Notes under the pieces: model-generated
Seen by the model: only the letters and a program-made list of their open reading frames with translations
Told to the model about the DNA's origin: nothing
The model's database searches: none
Made by a program: the position numbers and the translations under genes
Origin: Nitrospinota bacterium
GTDB lineage: Bacteria > UBA8248
Direction of reading: 5' to 3'
DNA: 47,527 nt
Assembly (NCBI GenBank): GCA_046581755.1
Contig: JAYGFR010000131.1
Coordinates: 1-47,527, forward strand
In this document: positions 31,451 through 40,432 of the stretch, piece by piece
Position numbering within the stretch: the first letter of the stretch is position 1
Layout: each line of letters starts with the position of its first letter

Positions 31451-32274
31451 GCGCGTTTCTCCGATAGGTGACGGTACATGTGGTTGAGCGGTCCCCGCCC
31501 CTTGCCCAGGGCGAGGGAGTGCTCGATGGCTCCCTGAATGTATTCCTTCGCCGCGCCAACCGCTTCCAGGACCGGTTTTCCCTGTGCCAGTCCGGCGGCG
31601 ATGGCGGAGGAAAGGGTGCATCCGGTTCCATGCGTGTGGGGGGTGTCGATGTGGCGGCCTTCGAATATGACGGGTTCGCCGCCGTCGAAGAAAATATCCA
31701 GCGCTCCCTTGGTGATGTGGCCTCCCTTGAGGAGAACGCATCTGGCACCGAGTTTGTGGAGCATACGGGCCGCCTCTTTCATCTCCTCGATGTCGGCGAT
31801 TCGATCGATGCCCAGCAAATCCAGTGCCTCTTCGATGTTGGGAGTGATGATCTCGGCGAGGGGGAAAAGGAGTTCGAGCAAGGCTTCGATGGCGCCTTCT
31901 GACAGAAGGCGGTCACCGCTTTTCGCCACCATGACCGGGTCAAGGACCAGGTGAGCCAGGCTGTGTTCAGTAGCTTTTTTCGCGACAATTTTGATGACCT
32001 CGGAAGTGCCCAGCATCCCCACCTTGGCCGATGCCACGGGGAAATCGGTGCATACCGAATCGAATTGCAGGGCGATGAAATCGATGGGAACGGCATGAAC
32101 TCCTTGAACGCCCACCGTGTTTTGCGAGGTGAGGGCTGTGATAACGGTCGTTCCGAACACCCCGAAGGCGGAAAATGTTTTAAGGTCCGCCTGGATTCCG
32201 GCTCCGCCGCCCGAATCCGAGCCGGCGATGGTCAAGGCGACCGGAGGCCCATCCTCGCGGGTTGTTTCAGGCAA
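31447..32274 (-). CDS. thiD: Hydroxymethylpyrimidine/phosphomethylpyrimidine kinase
   Basis: [28 protein letters not shown] and THGTGCTLS motifs. Confidence 0.97.
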   Translation of the reverse strand: MPETTREDGPPVALTIAGSDSGGGAGIQADLKTFSAFGVFGTTVITALTSQNTVGVQGVHAVPIDFIALQFDSVCTDFPVASAKVGMLGTSEVIKIVAKKATEHSLAHLVLDPVMVAKSGDRLLSEGAIEALLELLFPLAEIITPNIEEALDLLGIDRIADIEEMKEAARMLHKLGARCVLLKGGHITKGALDIFFDGGEPVIFEGRHIDTPHTHGTGCTLSSAIAAGLAQGKPVLEAVGAAKEYIQGAIEHSLALGKGRGPLNHMYRHLSEKRA

Positions 32275-32299
32275 CGGAGCGCCCTCCAGGAAAAATATT

Positions 32300-32324
32300 T
32301 AAACTATTGATTATCAATATTTTG
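32300..32324. promoter_or_regulatory. Two overlapping, oppositely oriented IHF-consensus sites
   Basis: AATCAATAGTTTA on the minus strand (32300-32312) and TATCAATATTTTG on the plus strand (32312-32324) both match WATCAANNNNTTR. Confidence 0.45.
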
Positions 32325-32479
32325 CAAACAATCAATAGGAACCGCTGTGCCCGGAAAGGGCAAAATAAATCTATATTTTCTGAATCTAGCACTTTTCACT
32401 TTTGAGGAAAAACCGCCTCCGGCGTTAGGTAGAGCGGAGATTCCGTTCCTGTAGGCAAGGAGCAGTCATTTGAATAGGA

Positions 32480-32512
32480 ATTCTTGACAAAATAGATTGG
32501 GAATAATAGGGT
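32480..32512 (+). promoter_or_regulatory. Sigma70-type promoter overlapped by a candidate Rrf2-family operator
   Basis: TTGACA at 32484-32489, 17-nt spacer, TAGGGT at 32507-32512. Imperfect 25-bp palindrome ATTCTTGACAAAATAGATTGGGAAT at 32480-32504. Confidence 0.55.
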
Positions 32513-32557
32513 CACGTTTCAAGGGACTCGAACGATTTCGTCTATGGTGAGGTGTGT

Positions 32558-33517
32558 ATGGCGCTTGGAACGAGAGGAAGGCCTTCTCAGGTGCTCAGGG
32601 CGCTCCCCAATGTACTCGGTCATATCGGCGGCACACCGCTGGTTTGCCTTCTCCATTTACCGGATGCTCAAGGGGCCCGGGTCTACGCCAAATTGGAGCA
32701 GTTCAATCCCGGCGGCAGCGTGAAGGATCGAATCGCGCTCAGCATGGTGCTCGACGCCGAACACCGCGGCTTGCTGGGGCCCGGGAAAATAATTGTCGAG
32801 CCCACGAGCGGCAATACGGGAATCGGACTGGCCATGGTGGGGGCGGTGCGCGGCTATAAGGTCAAGATTGTCCTTTGCGAAAGCATGAGCCATGAGCGGA
32901 ACGCCCTGCTTACCTCTTACGGCGCCGAGGTGGTATTGACTGATTGCGACCAGGGGATGAACGGATCGGTGCTCAAGGCGGAAGAGATTGTCGCGGAGAA
33001 TGCGGACTATTTCATGCCCCAGCAATTTAAAAATCCCGCGAATCCCGAAATTCACCGCCGGACGACGGCCCGGGAAATAATCCGCGATATGGGCGCTCAC
33101 GCGGTGGACGCCTTCGTCGCCGGCGTGGGCACCGGAGGGACAATTACGGGTGTGGGCGAAGTGCTGAAGGTAAAGCGGCCCGAGACGATGATTGTTGGTG
33201 TGGAGCCGGCGGCATCTCCGGTGCTGACGGGCGGGGAACCGGGCCCCCATCAGATACAAGGAATCGGCGCCGGGTTCATTCCCAGAGTATTGAACCGTGA
33301 GATTATCGACCGGGTCGAGACGATCTCGGATCAGGATGCATACGACATGGCAAAGGCTTTGAGCCGTGAGGAAGGAATCGCCGCCGGGATTTCGAGTGGC
33401 GCTGCGATTTGCGCGGCCCTCCGGGTGGCGGGAGAGATGTCCCCCGAAGAGAATATCGTCGTTGTCTTGCCAGACGGCGCAGAAAGATATTTCAGTTTGG
33501 AGCAGTATTTTCGTTAA
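32558..33517 (+). CDS. cysK: Cysteine synthase A
   Basis: NPGGSVKDRIA, EPTSGNTGIGLA, GVGTGGT and GPHQIQGIGAG motifs. Confidence 0.93.
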   Translation: MALGTRGRPSQVLRALPNVLGHIGGTPLVCLLHLPDAQGARVYAKLEQFNPGGSVKDRIALSMVLDAEHRGLLGPGKIIVEPTSGNTGIGLAMVGAVRGYKVKIVLCESMSHERNALLTSYGAEVVLTDCDQGMNGSVLKAEEIVAENADYFMPQQFKNPANPEIHRRTTAREIIRDMGAHAVDAFVAGVGTGGTITGVGEVLKVKRPETMIVGVEPAASPVLTGGEPGPHQIQGIGAGFIPRVLNREIIDRVETISDQDAYDMAKALSREEGIAAGISSGAAICAALRVAGEMSPEENIVVVLPDGAERYFSLEQYFR

Positions 33518-33548
33518 GTGTTTTCTTTTACCCCGTATGGAGAGCGCG

Positions 33549-33827
33549 ATGTCTGTAACTGTTCGAATCCCCACGCCGCTTCAGGAGTTCACACAGCAGC
33601 AGGATGCGGTGGAACTCGATGGGAGTACCGTCAAGGAAGTGTTGGGAAACCTGGATGCCCAGTTCGCCGGAATGCGCGAGCGCCTGTACGGCGACGATGG
33701 AAAGCTCCGCCGGTTCGTCAACATTTACGTCAACCAGGAGGACATTCGCTTCCTGAAGGGCGAAGATACGGAAGTGGCGGAGGGCGATGAGTTGTCCATC
33801 GTCCCGGCGATTGCTGGAGGAAGGTAA
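33549..33827 (+). CDS. Ubiquitin-like sulfur carrier protein (CysO/MoaD/ThiS family) ending GG-R
   Basis: VTVRIPTPL, LRRFVNIYVNQEDIR and IVPAIAGGR motifs. Confidence 0.92.
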   Translation: MSVTVRIPTPLQEFTQQQDAVELDGSTVKEVLGNLDAQFAGMRERLYGDDGKLRRFVNIYVNQEDIRFLKGEDTEVAEGDELSIVPAIAGGR

Positions 33828-33833
33828 GGTCCA

Positions 33834-34505
33834 TTGTCTCTGACCGAGGTCCAGGTGCGGCGCTACAGCCGCCATATTCTTTTGCCCCAGGTGGGCGGAA
33901 AAGGGCAGGAGCGCCTGCTTTCCTCCTCGGCCGTTATCGCCTTTGATCGCGAGGGCGAGGGGGCCGCATCGGTGGCGGCCACCTATCTGGCGGCCTCCGG
34001 AGTGGGGCGAATTGGCTGGATGCTCGTAAATGGCGGCAATAGGTGGGTAAACGCCGAGGGTTCTCTATCCCCGCTGGCCGGGATTTATGCCTCGGCTGGG
34101 TTGGAGGAGTCCGCCGCCGCGCTGAATCCAGATGCCGTTCTCGAGGTCATCGATCAGATGCCGGATGCGGTGGATGGCTTCGATCTCCTCATCCTATCGG
34201 GAGATGATCCCACCTTGGGCGATGCCGCTGCCCGTTTTGAGGCAGCCGGCGGGCCGGTTGTCCGCGGGCGCCGGTGTGGATGGGCCGGAGCCGTGACAAG
34301 TGCCGCGAATGATCCGGGTTTTGACGAATTGCTTTCGGATGATTCCGATAGCCGGCTTCCGGCGGCGCCTTCGGAAGGCGTTTTGGGGGCGATGTTGGCC
34401 TCCCGCGCACTTTGCGCGCTCATCAAACAAAAACAAACGGTGGGGTCGACCGTTCTGGCCCGTTATGATCTGTCGTTCGGCTTTTTTAGCGAGGCTGCGC
34501 GATGA
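33834..34505 (+). CDS. Degenerate ThiF/MoeB-family protein, probably non-catalytic
   Basis: Has RRYSRHILLPQVGGKGQERL, YLAASGVGRI and ALNPD. Lacks canonical GxGxxG, SNLxRQ, DxxD and CxxC. Confidence 0.8.
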   Translation: MSLTEVQVRRYSRHILLPQVGGKGQERLLSSSAVIAFDREGEGAASVAATYLAASGVGRIGWMLVNGGNRWVNAEGSLSPLAGIYASAGLEESAAALNPDAVLEVIDQMPDAVDGFDLLILSGDDPTLGDAAARFEAAGGPVVRGRRCGWAGAVTSAANDPGFDELLSDDSDSRLPAAPSEGVLGAMLASRALCALIKQKQTVGSTVLARYDLSFGFFSEAAR

Positions 34506-34592
34506 ATTGGGTCCTGTGTTCCAGGAAAACCGAAGAAGAACACAAATTTGATCCTTGCCATGGGACCCGGTGCAAAGGGGCTTTGGTGGATA

Positions 34593-35519
34593 ATGGTGGA
34601 AATGACTGCGCCAGAGATACGGAAAATCGAGGAATCCTCGGTATTGCAAGAAATTGGCAACACGCCACTGTTGCCAATCAGATTATTTGAAAAGGAATTC
34701 CCCGAGGTTGAGGTATATGCGAAAGCCGAGTGGTTCAACCCCGGGGGGTCGGTAAAAGACCGGCCCGCTCTTTTCATGGTCCGGGACGGGATCGAGCGCG
34801 GGCATCTCAGGCCCGGCATCACCCTCCTCGACTCAACGAGCGGCAACACCGGTATCGCCTACGCCATGATCGGAGCAGCGCTGGGAATTCCAGTCAAGCT
34901 CGTCGTGCCCGAAAACGCCAGCGACGAACGCAAGGCCACACTCCGGGCCTATGGCGCCGAGATCGTTTACTCGGATGCGCTTGAAGGGTCCGATGGGGCC
35001 CAAAGATTGGCCGCGAAACTCTATAACGAAGATCCGGCCTCCTATTTTCTCCCCTGCCAGTACGATAATCCTGCCAACCCGCTGGCGCATGAGGAGACGA
35101 CGGCACCCGAAATATGGGAGCAGACTGGTGGCCGCGTTGAGCATTTCGTGGCCGGATTGGGTACGACGGGAACCCTTGTCGGAACGGGCCGGGGGCTGAA
35201 AAAAAGAAACCCCGATATCATCGTTCATGCGGTGATGCCATCGGATTCGTTCCACGGGCTCGAGGGGATGAAGCACATCCCTACGGCGATTCGGCCCAAG
35301 ATATATGACGAGACCGTTCACGACGAGTTGATCCTAGCGGCGACAGAGGATAGCTACGACCTGGCCGAGCGGCTCACGCGTCAGGAAGGGTTGTTTGTCG
35401 GCCACTCGGCCGGTGCAGCTCTCGTGGGCGTTCGTGAGGTGGCGCGAAAAATCCGCCGCGGCGTGATCGTTACGATTTTCCCCGATAGCGGAGATCGCTA
35501 TCTGAGCGAAAAGCGGTGA
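34593..35519 (+). CDS. cysM: CysM-type PLP-dependent cysteine synthase, probably sulfur-carrier dependent
   Basis: NPGGSVKDRPA, DSTSGNTGIA, GLGTTGT and GLEGMKH motifs; clustered with carrier and JAMM genes. Confidence 0.82.
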   Translation: MVEMTAPEIRKIEESSVLQEIGNTPLLPIRLFEKEFPEVEVYAKAEWFNPGGSVKDRPALFMVRDGIERGHLRPGITLLDSTSGNTGIAYAMIGAALGIPVKLVVPENASDERKATLRAYGAEIVYSDALEGSDGAQRLAAKLYNEDPASYFLPCQYDNPANPLAHEETTAPEIWEQTGGRVEHFVAGLGTTGTLVGTGRGLKKRNPDIIVHAVMPSDSFHGLEGMKHIPTAIRPKIYDETVHDELILAATEDSYDLAERLTRQEGLFVGHSAGAALVGVREVARKIRRGVIVTIFPDSGDRYLSEKR

Positions 35520-35531
35520 AGGAGATTCGGT

Positions 35532-36032
35532 TTGCGTCTAACCCGGGAGCAGGTTGAAGTCATGCATCGGCACGCGGAGGCCGCATACCCGGATGAGTGT
35601 TGCGGCCTGATCCTGGGGCCGCCTGGTTCCGGGGACGGCAGCCGCGGCCGGGAAGAAATGAGCCTATTCCCCGTTCGCAACGTTCAGAACGAGTATCACG
35701 AGCGGGACCCGCAAACCTATGTGCGCACCGCCCGGCGTGCGTTCCTGATCGACCCCTTCGAATTCGAGCAAATCCTCCAAAAGGCGAAGGAGACCCATGA
35801 AGTGCTCCGCGGAATTTTCCACAGCCATCCCGACGAGGACGCCTACTTTTCACAGGAGGACAAGGACGCGGCCGTGCCTTTTGGAGACCTCCCCTCGTTT
35901 CCGGAGGCAGAGCATATCGTCATGAGCGTTCGGGATCGCCGGGTGATCGATTGCAAGATATTTCTCTGGTCGGCAGTGGACAAGGATTTTTCCGAATGCG
36001 AATTCATCGTTGGCAGTGGAGAGGGGCCTTGA
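35532..36032 (+). CDS. JAMM/MPN+ metallopeptidase (Mec-like, M67)
   Basis: YPDECCGL and FHSHPDEDAYFSQED (E...HxH...S..D) motifs. Confidence 0.92.
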   Translation: MRLTREQVEVMHRHAEAAYPDECCGLILGPPGSGDGSRGREEMSLFPVRNVQNEYHERDPQTYVRTARRAFLIDPFEFEQILQKAKETHEVLRGIFHSHPDEDAYFSQEDKDAAVPFGDLPSFPEAEHIVMSVRDRRVIDCKIFLWSAVDKDFSECEFIVGSGEGP

Positions 36033-36805
36033 ATTTCAGGGAGCGGCTCGCCGGGGAGTCGGCCCTCGTCTTGGGGGCCGGGGCCCTTGGCTCTCCCGCC
36101 GCGCTGGCGCTGGCGGCTTCGGGGGTGGGGCGGATCGGTCTGGTCGATGACGACCTGGTGGATCTTTCGAACCTCGCCCGGCAGATTCTCCACAGAACGG
36201 CGGATATTGGCCTCTCCAAGGTGGTCTCGGGTGCGGAGCGTTTATCGCAGCTTGCGCCTTCGGTGAAGGTGGATACCTATCCTATTCGGTTGGGCGCGGA
36301 TAAGGCTTCTGGCATCGTTTCGCGCTATGGGGTCGTGATCGATGGAGGTGATAATTTTCGGACGAAACTGATGTTGAACGATGCCTGCGTGCGAGGGGGG
36401 CGCCCTCTCGTAACGGGCGGAATCCTCCGCTTTAACGGGCAGCTCATGACGGTCGTGCCGGGCTGTACGCCCTGCTACCGGTGCGTATTCGGAGGGCGGG
36501 ATTCCGAGGAGGATGGGCCTTCGTGCGGCGAGGCCGGGGTGTTCGGCGCGGTTGCCGGTTTGATCGGAATGGCGCAGGCGGGAGAGGCCATCCGTATTCT
36601 TTCAGGCCTTCGGCCGGCATGGGCGGGAAGGCTTTTGATGGTGGATTTGTGGCGCGGAAAATTCGACGCAATCGATTTGAATCGCGAGCCGGATTGCCCC
36701 GTATGCCAAAAGGCGGTTTCGGGCCTCGGTCCGGCGGCACGGCCAGATTGCCCGGAGGATTCCGAAACGGCCGGAAACGAATCGATGGCCAGAGGCACGG
36801 TCTGA
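36029..36805 (+). CDS. ThiF/MoeB-family E1-like adenylyltransferase lacking the N-terminal RYSR helix
   Basis: GAGALG, DDDLVDLSNLARQ, DGGDNF, CYRC, SCGEAGV and CPVC motifs. TTG start overlaps the mec stop, with GGAGAGG upstream. Confidence 0.92.
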   Translation: MNFRERLAGESALVLGAGALGSPAALALAASGVGRIGLVDDDLVDLSNLARQILHRTADIGLSKVVSGAERLSQLAPSVKVDTYPIRLGADKASGIVSRYGVVIDGGDNFRTKLMLNDACVRGGRPLVTGGILRFNGQLMTVVPGCTPCYRCVFGGRDSEEDGPSCGEAGVFGAVAGLIGMAQAGEAIRILSGLRPAWAGRLLMVDLWRGKFDAIDLNREPDCPVCQKAVSGLGPAARPDCPEDSETAGNESMARGTV

Positions 36806-36845
36806 GGCGCATGGCGGGACGGCGGATTCCAAGGGAGGGGAGTAG

Positions 36846-37301
36846 ATGAAGATTTCCACGAAGGGGCAGTATGCCGTTATCGCCATGATTGATTTGGCCC
36901 GGCATTCTCAGACGCATCCCATCCCGTTACCGAAAATTGCGAGGCGCCAGAACATCAGCCAGCATTATTTGGAACAACTGTTTGTCAAAATGCGGCGCGC
37001 CGATCTCGTGAAAAGTACGCGGGGGCCGGGCGGAGGATATGTTTTGGCGGTCCCGCCTTCCCAGATAACGATGAAAGCGGTTCTCTCGGCGGTGAACGAG
37101 GAAATCCGTCCGGTGGATTGCGGCGATGAGAATTCTTCTTCTCCTCCTAATCCAGCGGTCAGCGGCAGCCGCAAGCTGTGGCAAAAACTCGAAGCCGCCA
37201 TCGATCGGACCCTGACGGAAACCACGCTGGAGGATTTGAGCGCCGTTCAGGAGACCGGGAGCGGGGAAGTAAAAATCCCCGATTTTCAGATCAGCATTTA
37301 A
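36846..37301 (+). CDS. Rrf2-family transcriptional regulator (CymR/IscR-like)
   Basis: MKISTKGQYA, YLEQLF and STRGPGGGY motifs. Only one Cys. Confidence 0.93.
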   Translation: MKISTKGQYAVIAMIDLARHSQTHPIPLPKIARRQNISQHYLEQLFVKMRRADLVKSTRGPGGGYVLAVPPSQITMKAVLSAVNEEIRPVDCGDENSSSPPNPAVSGSRKLWQKLEAAIDRTLTETTLEDLSAVQETGSGEVKIPDFQISI

Positions 37302-37350
37302 GCTGTCCCATCGTTGCCATTCTTTTGCTGCTTTCTCGAGGGGAAGAGTC

Positions 37351-38463
37351 TTGCGTTTCCATCATTATGTTCTTCAGGCAGTGATCGCCGCCCTTCTTTC
37401 GGCTTGCTCTGCGGTAGCCAGTGGACAGGGCATCCGGTTGGACCGAATTCAGCTTCCTCCGGGTTTTCACATTCAGATATATGCACGTAACATTCCTGGA
37501 GCCCGGTCAATGGCGCTGTCGCCGCGAGGGACGTTGTTCGTCGGGACCCGCCAGACCGGGAGGGTTTATGCCATTCGGGACAAGGATGGCGACGGCAAGG
37601 CGGACGAAGTGACTATTATCGCAGAAGGAATGAATTTTCCGAACGGGGTGGCATATCGGGGAGATTCACTGTATGTGGCAGAAATCGATCGGATCCTGAA
37701 GTATGAAAATATCGAATCCCGCCTCGCTAATCCACCCGCCCCCGCTGTTTTCATCGATAATCTTCCCCGCAATCGCCATCATGGGTGGAAGTTCATTCGC
37801 TTCGGACCGGATGGGCGCCTTTACGTTCCGGTGGGCGCTCCGTGCAATATATGCGAGCCGCCCGCGCCGTACGCATCGATATTGCGCATCCCCCATGGGG
37901 GCGGTTCTTGGGAAGTGTTCGCTCGGGGGGTGCGGAATTCGGTGGGCTTCGATTGGCACCCCGAGACGAAGAAGCTTTGGTTCACCGACAACGGTCGGGA
38001 CATGCTTGGCGACAACAGGCCGCCGGATGAATTGAACCATGCCCCCCGCAAGGGGCTTCACTTCGGGTATCCCTACTGCCACGGCAGGTCGATTCCCGAT
38101 CCGGAGTTTGGCCGCGGGAAGGATTGCCGAAGGTATGCCCCTCCCGCGATGGAGTTGGGACCACATGTGGCATCGCTGGGGATGCGCTTCTATACCGGCC
38201 GGATGTTTCCTCCCAGGTACCGTGGCCAGATTTTCATCGCCGAACACGGCTCGTGGAACCGCAGCATCCCCATCGGCTACCGGGTCCGGCTCGTTCGCCT
38301 CGAAAAAGGGCGCGCGGTCAGCTACGAGGATTTCGCCAAGGGTTGGCTGGTGGGCGGAAGGGCATGGGGGCGTCCGGTGGACATCCAGCTCATGCCCGAT
38401 GGGGCCATCCTCGTTTCCGACGATTATGCGGGAGTGATTTACCGTATTTCCTACCGCGAATAG
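37351..38463 (+). CDS. Exported glucose/L-sorbosone dehydrogenase-family beta-propeller protein
   Basis: Signal peptide, LPPGF, HHGWKFIRFGPDG, GAPCNIC, GVRNSVGFDWHP and HGSWNR motifs. Confidence 0.88.
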   Translation: MRFHHYVLQAVIAALLSACSAVASGQGIRLDRIQLPPGFHIQIYARNIPGARSMALSPRGTLFVGTRQTGRVYAIRDKDGDGKADEVTIIAEGMNFPNGVAYRGDSLYVAEIDRILKYENIESRLANPPAPAVFIDNLPRNRHHGWKFIRFGPDGRLYVPVGAPCNICEPPAPYASILRIPHGGGSWEVFARGVRNSVGFDWHPETKKLWFTDNGRDMLGDNRPPDELNHAPRKGLHFGYPYCHGRSIPDPEFGRGKDCRRYAPPAMELGPHVASLGMRFYTGRMFPPRYRGQIFIAEHGSWNRSIPIGYRVRLVRLEKGRAVSYEDFAKGWLVGGRAWGRPVDIQLMPDGAILVSDDYAGVIYRISYRE

Positions 38464-38746
38464 TCTCGTCGAGACCTCTTTCTACCAAGGCCGGATATAA
38501 GGTAATTCAACCCGTTTGGTGAGAGGTTTTTCAAGGAGATATCCCTGAGATTAAATTGGGGTCGGTGTTCTGGATATTCACATGATATAATATTGAATAT
38601 TCAGGACTAGGAAGGATTTTGATCGGCAAGCGGTATGTTCGAAACTAACAGCGATAAGTAGTTGAGTGATGATGGCCGTTTTCTTTTAATACTTTGGTAA
38701 TTTCCATAACTGGATTTCTCGGTCCACACGTTAAAGGACAGAGAGC

Positions 38747-40266
38747 ATGAATCCGCCTGAGATGACCGGCAGTCCTCCTGTGGCGGTTCCCCTCGCTACC
38801 ATTCCCGACGCAACTCCGGCTTCGGTATTTGCCGCCATCAGCGCGACTGAAAAAAAAATCCTGCAGGAAAAAGATCTCACCTAGGTCTTCAAGGTGATTT
38901 GCGAGGAAGCCTGCCGGATTATCGGGGCGGATCAATCGCATGTGTTCAGAATTCGTCAATCCGCTTCTCTTCAGAGAGAGGTTCCTTACTCACACAACAT
39001 CCCCCAGGATTTCATCGACCTCCTTTTGGCCGACCGGGCCGGGTCGCTGGTGGTTGATGTTTTCAAAACCCAACAGATGGAAATTTTCTCAGAGCCCGAG
39101 GTGAGGCTCAAGAAATTCGCCCCCGACGATGTGCGCCGGTTCGGAATAGGGACCGTATGTGCCATTCCCATCATCGTTGAGGGAAATTCGTATGCGGCGC
39201 TGGTTCTTCATCATTTTGTGGAGAGGGATTATTCAGCTGAGGATCGCCAATTTGCCGAGGCGCTCGGCGACCTCGCGTCCATCGCCGTCGAAAAGGCCCG
39301 GTTGGTGGAATCGCTCGAATCGCGCGTCGCCGAAGGGGAGGGTCTCGTCTCCGCGCTGGGAAAGATCACTTCCGGGAAAGACGTGAACGAGATTATTCAA
39401 GAGGTGCTCGCCGGGAGCAGACCCCTGATGGGAACAGACAGGTGCGCCATCATGTTGCCGGACGAGGCGAGCGGGGTGCTCCGTTTGTTCGCGAGCCGGG
39501 GAATATCTTCCGAATTTGTGGAAATCCTGTCGAAGCTTCTCCGGCCCTTTCCCATAGGCCAGTCCTATTTGTCCAATTCGAGCCTCGATGAGCCCAGCAT
39601 CGTGCCCGATGCGACAGCCAATTTGGAATACGGCCCAGTCCAGGCCCGCGAGGGCCATCGTACAATGGCCGCATTTCCCCTCCGTTTGGAGGAGAAAAAT
39701 ATCGGTGCGCTGTTCTTTTTTTGGACCACTCCGCAAGAATTGGAAGGTCAAAGAATTTCCTTGGGCCGGGCAATTGCGGATCAGGCGGCCATTGTCCTGG
39801 AAATCACCCGTCTCCACAAAGCGACCGAGGAGCGTGCGGCGCGCCTGGAAGTCATCGGGAATATCGCAAAAATCGCGGCCTCCTCGCTTGAACCGGATGA
39901 CATCTTCCGTTCCATCTCGGTCGAAATATGCCGCGCCGTCCCGTGCGATCAATTCGTGATGGCCGAGTTCGATTGGGAAAAGCAGGTGTACAACGAATTC
40001 CACCGAGTATCGAATCAGCCTACAGGCGTTCCTTCGGCCGATAGGGTCTCAATCGGTATATTGGCGGAAACGGTGTACCGGACGAAAAAGCCGCTCTATG
40101 TTCCCGATCTGCTGGATAGCCCTTGGTCCAAGAATCCTCTGGTGGGGTTCGGATTCCGGAGTGTGCTGGTCATCCCGATCCATCAGGACGGCCGGCCGAT
40201 GGTTATATCACCAAGCCAATCGATCCCCTGGCCTTCAGGAGCACCCTCGAGGCGATGTTCCGCTAG
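38747..40266 (+). pseudogene. Decayed multi-GAF sensor with a receiver-domain remnant
   Basis: ATG 38747, in-frame TAG at 38882-38884, three GAF-like domains with the third truncated near 40195, then ADGYITKPIDP...* in another frame. Confidence 0.75.
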
Positions 40267-40432
40267 CTGGCCTCGCCAATCTCCACTCGAAAAACCGGCA
40301 TTGCCCGCCGTGTGGGACCTATAGTGGGGTCCTTTGTGCTTTAGTGATAGAATCCCGCTCCCAATCCAAGTTTGTCCGGGATCTTCGGTTTCGAATGATG
40401 TCCGGATTATTTTTTGTCTTAAGGGGATTTTC

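Noticed and set aside
32275..32557. TPP riboswitch upstream of thiD
   Set aside because: The conserved CUGAGA and downstream TPP motifs were not found on the minus strand
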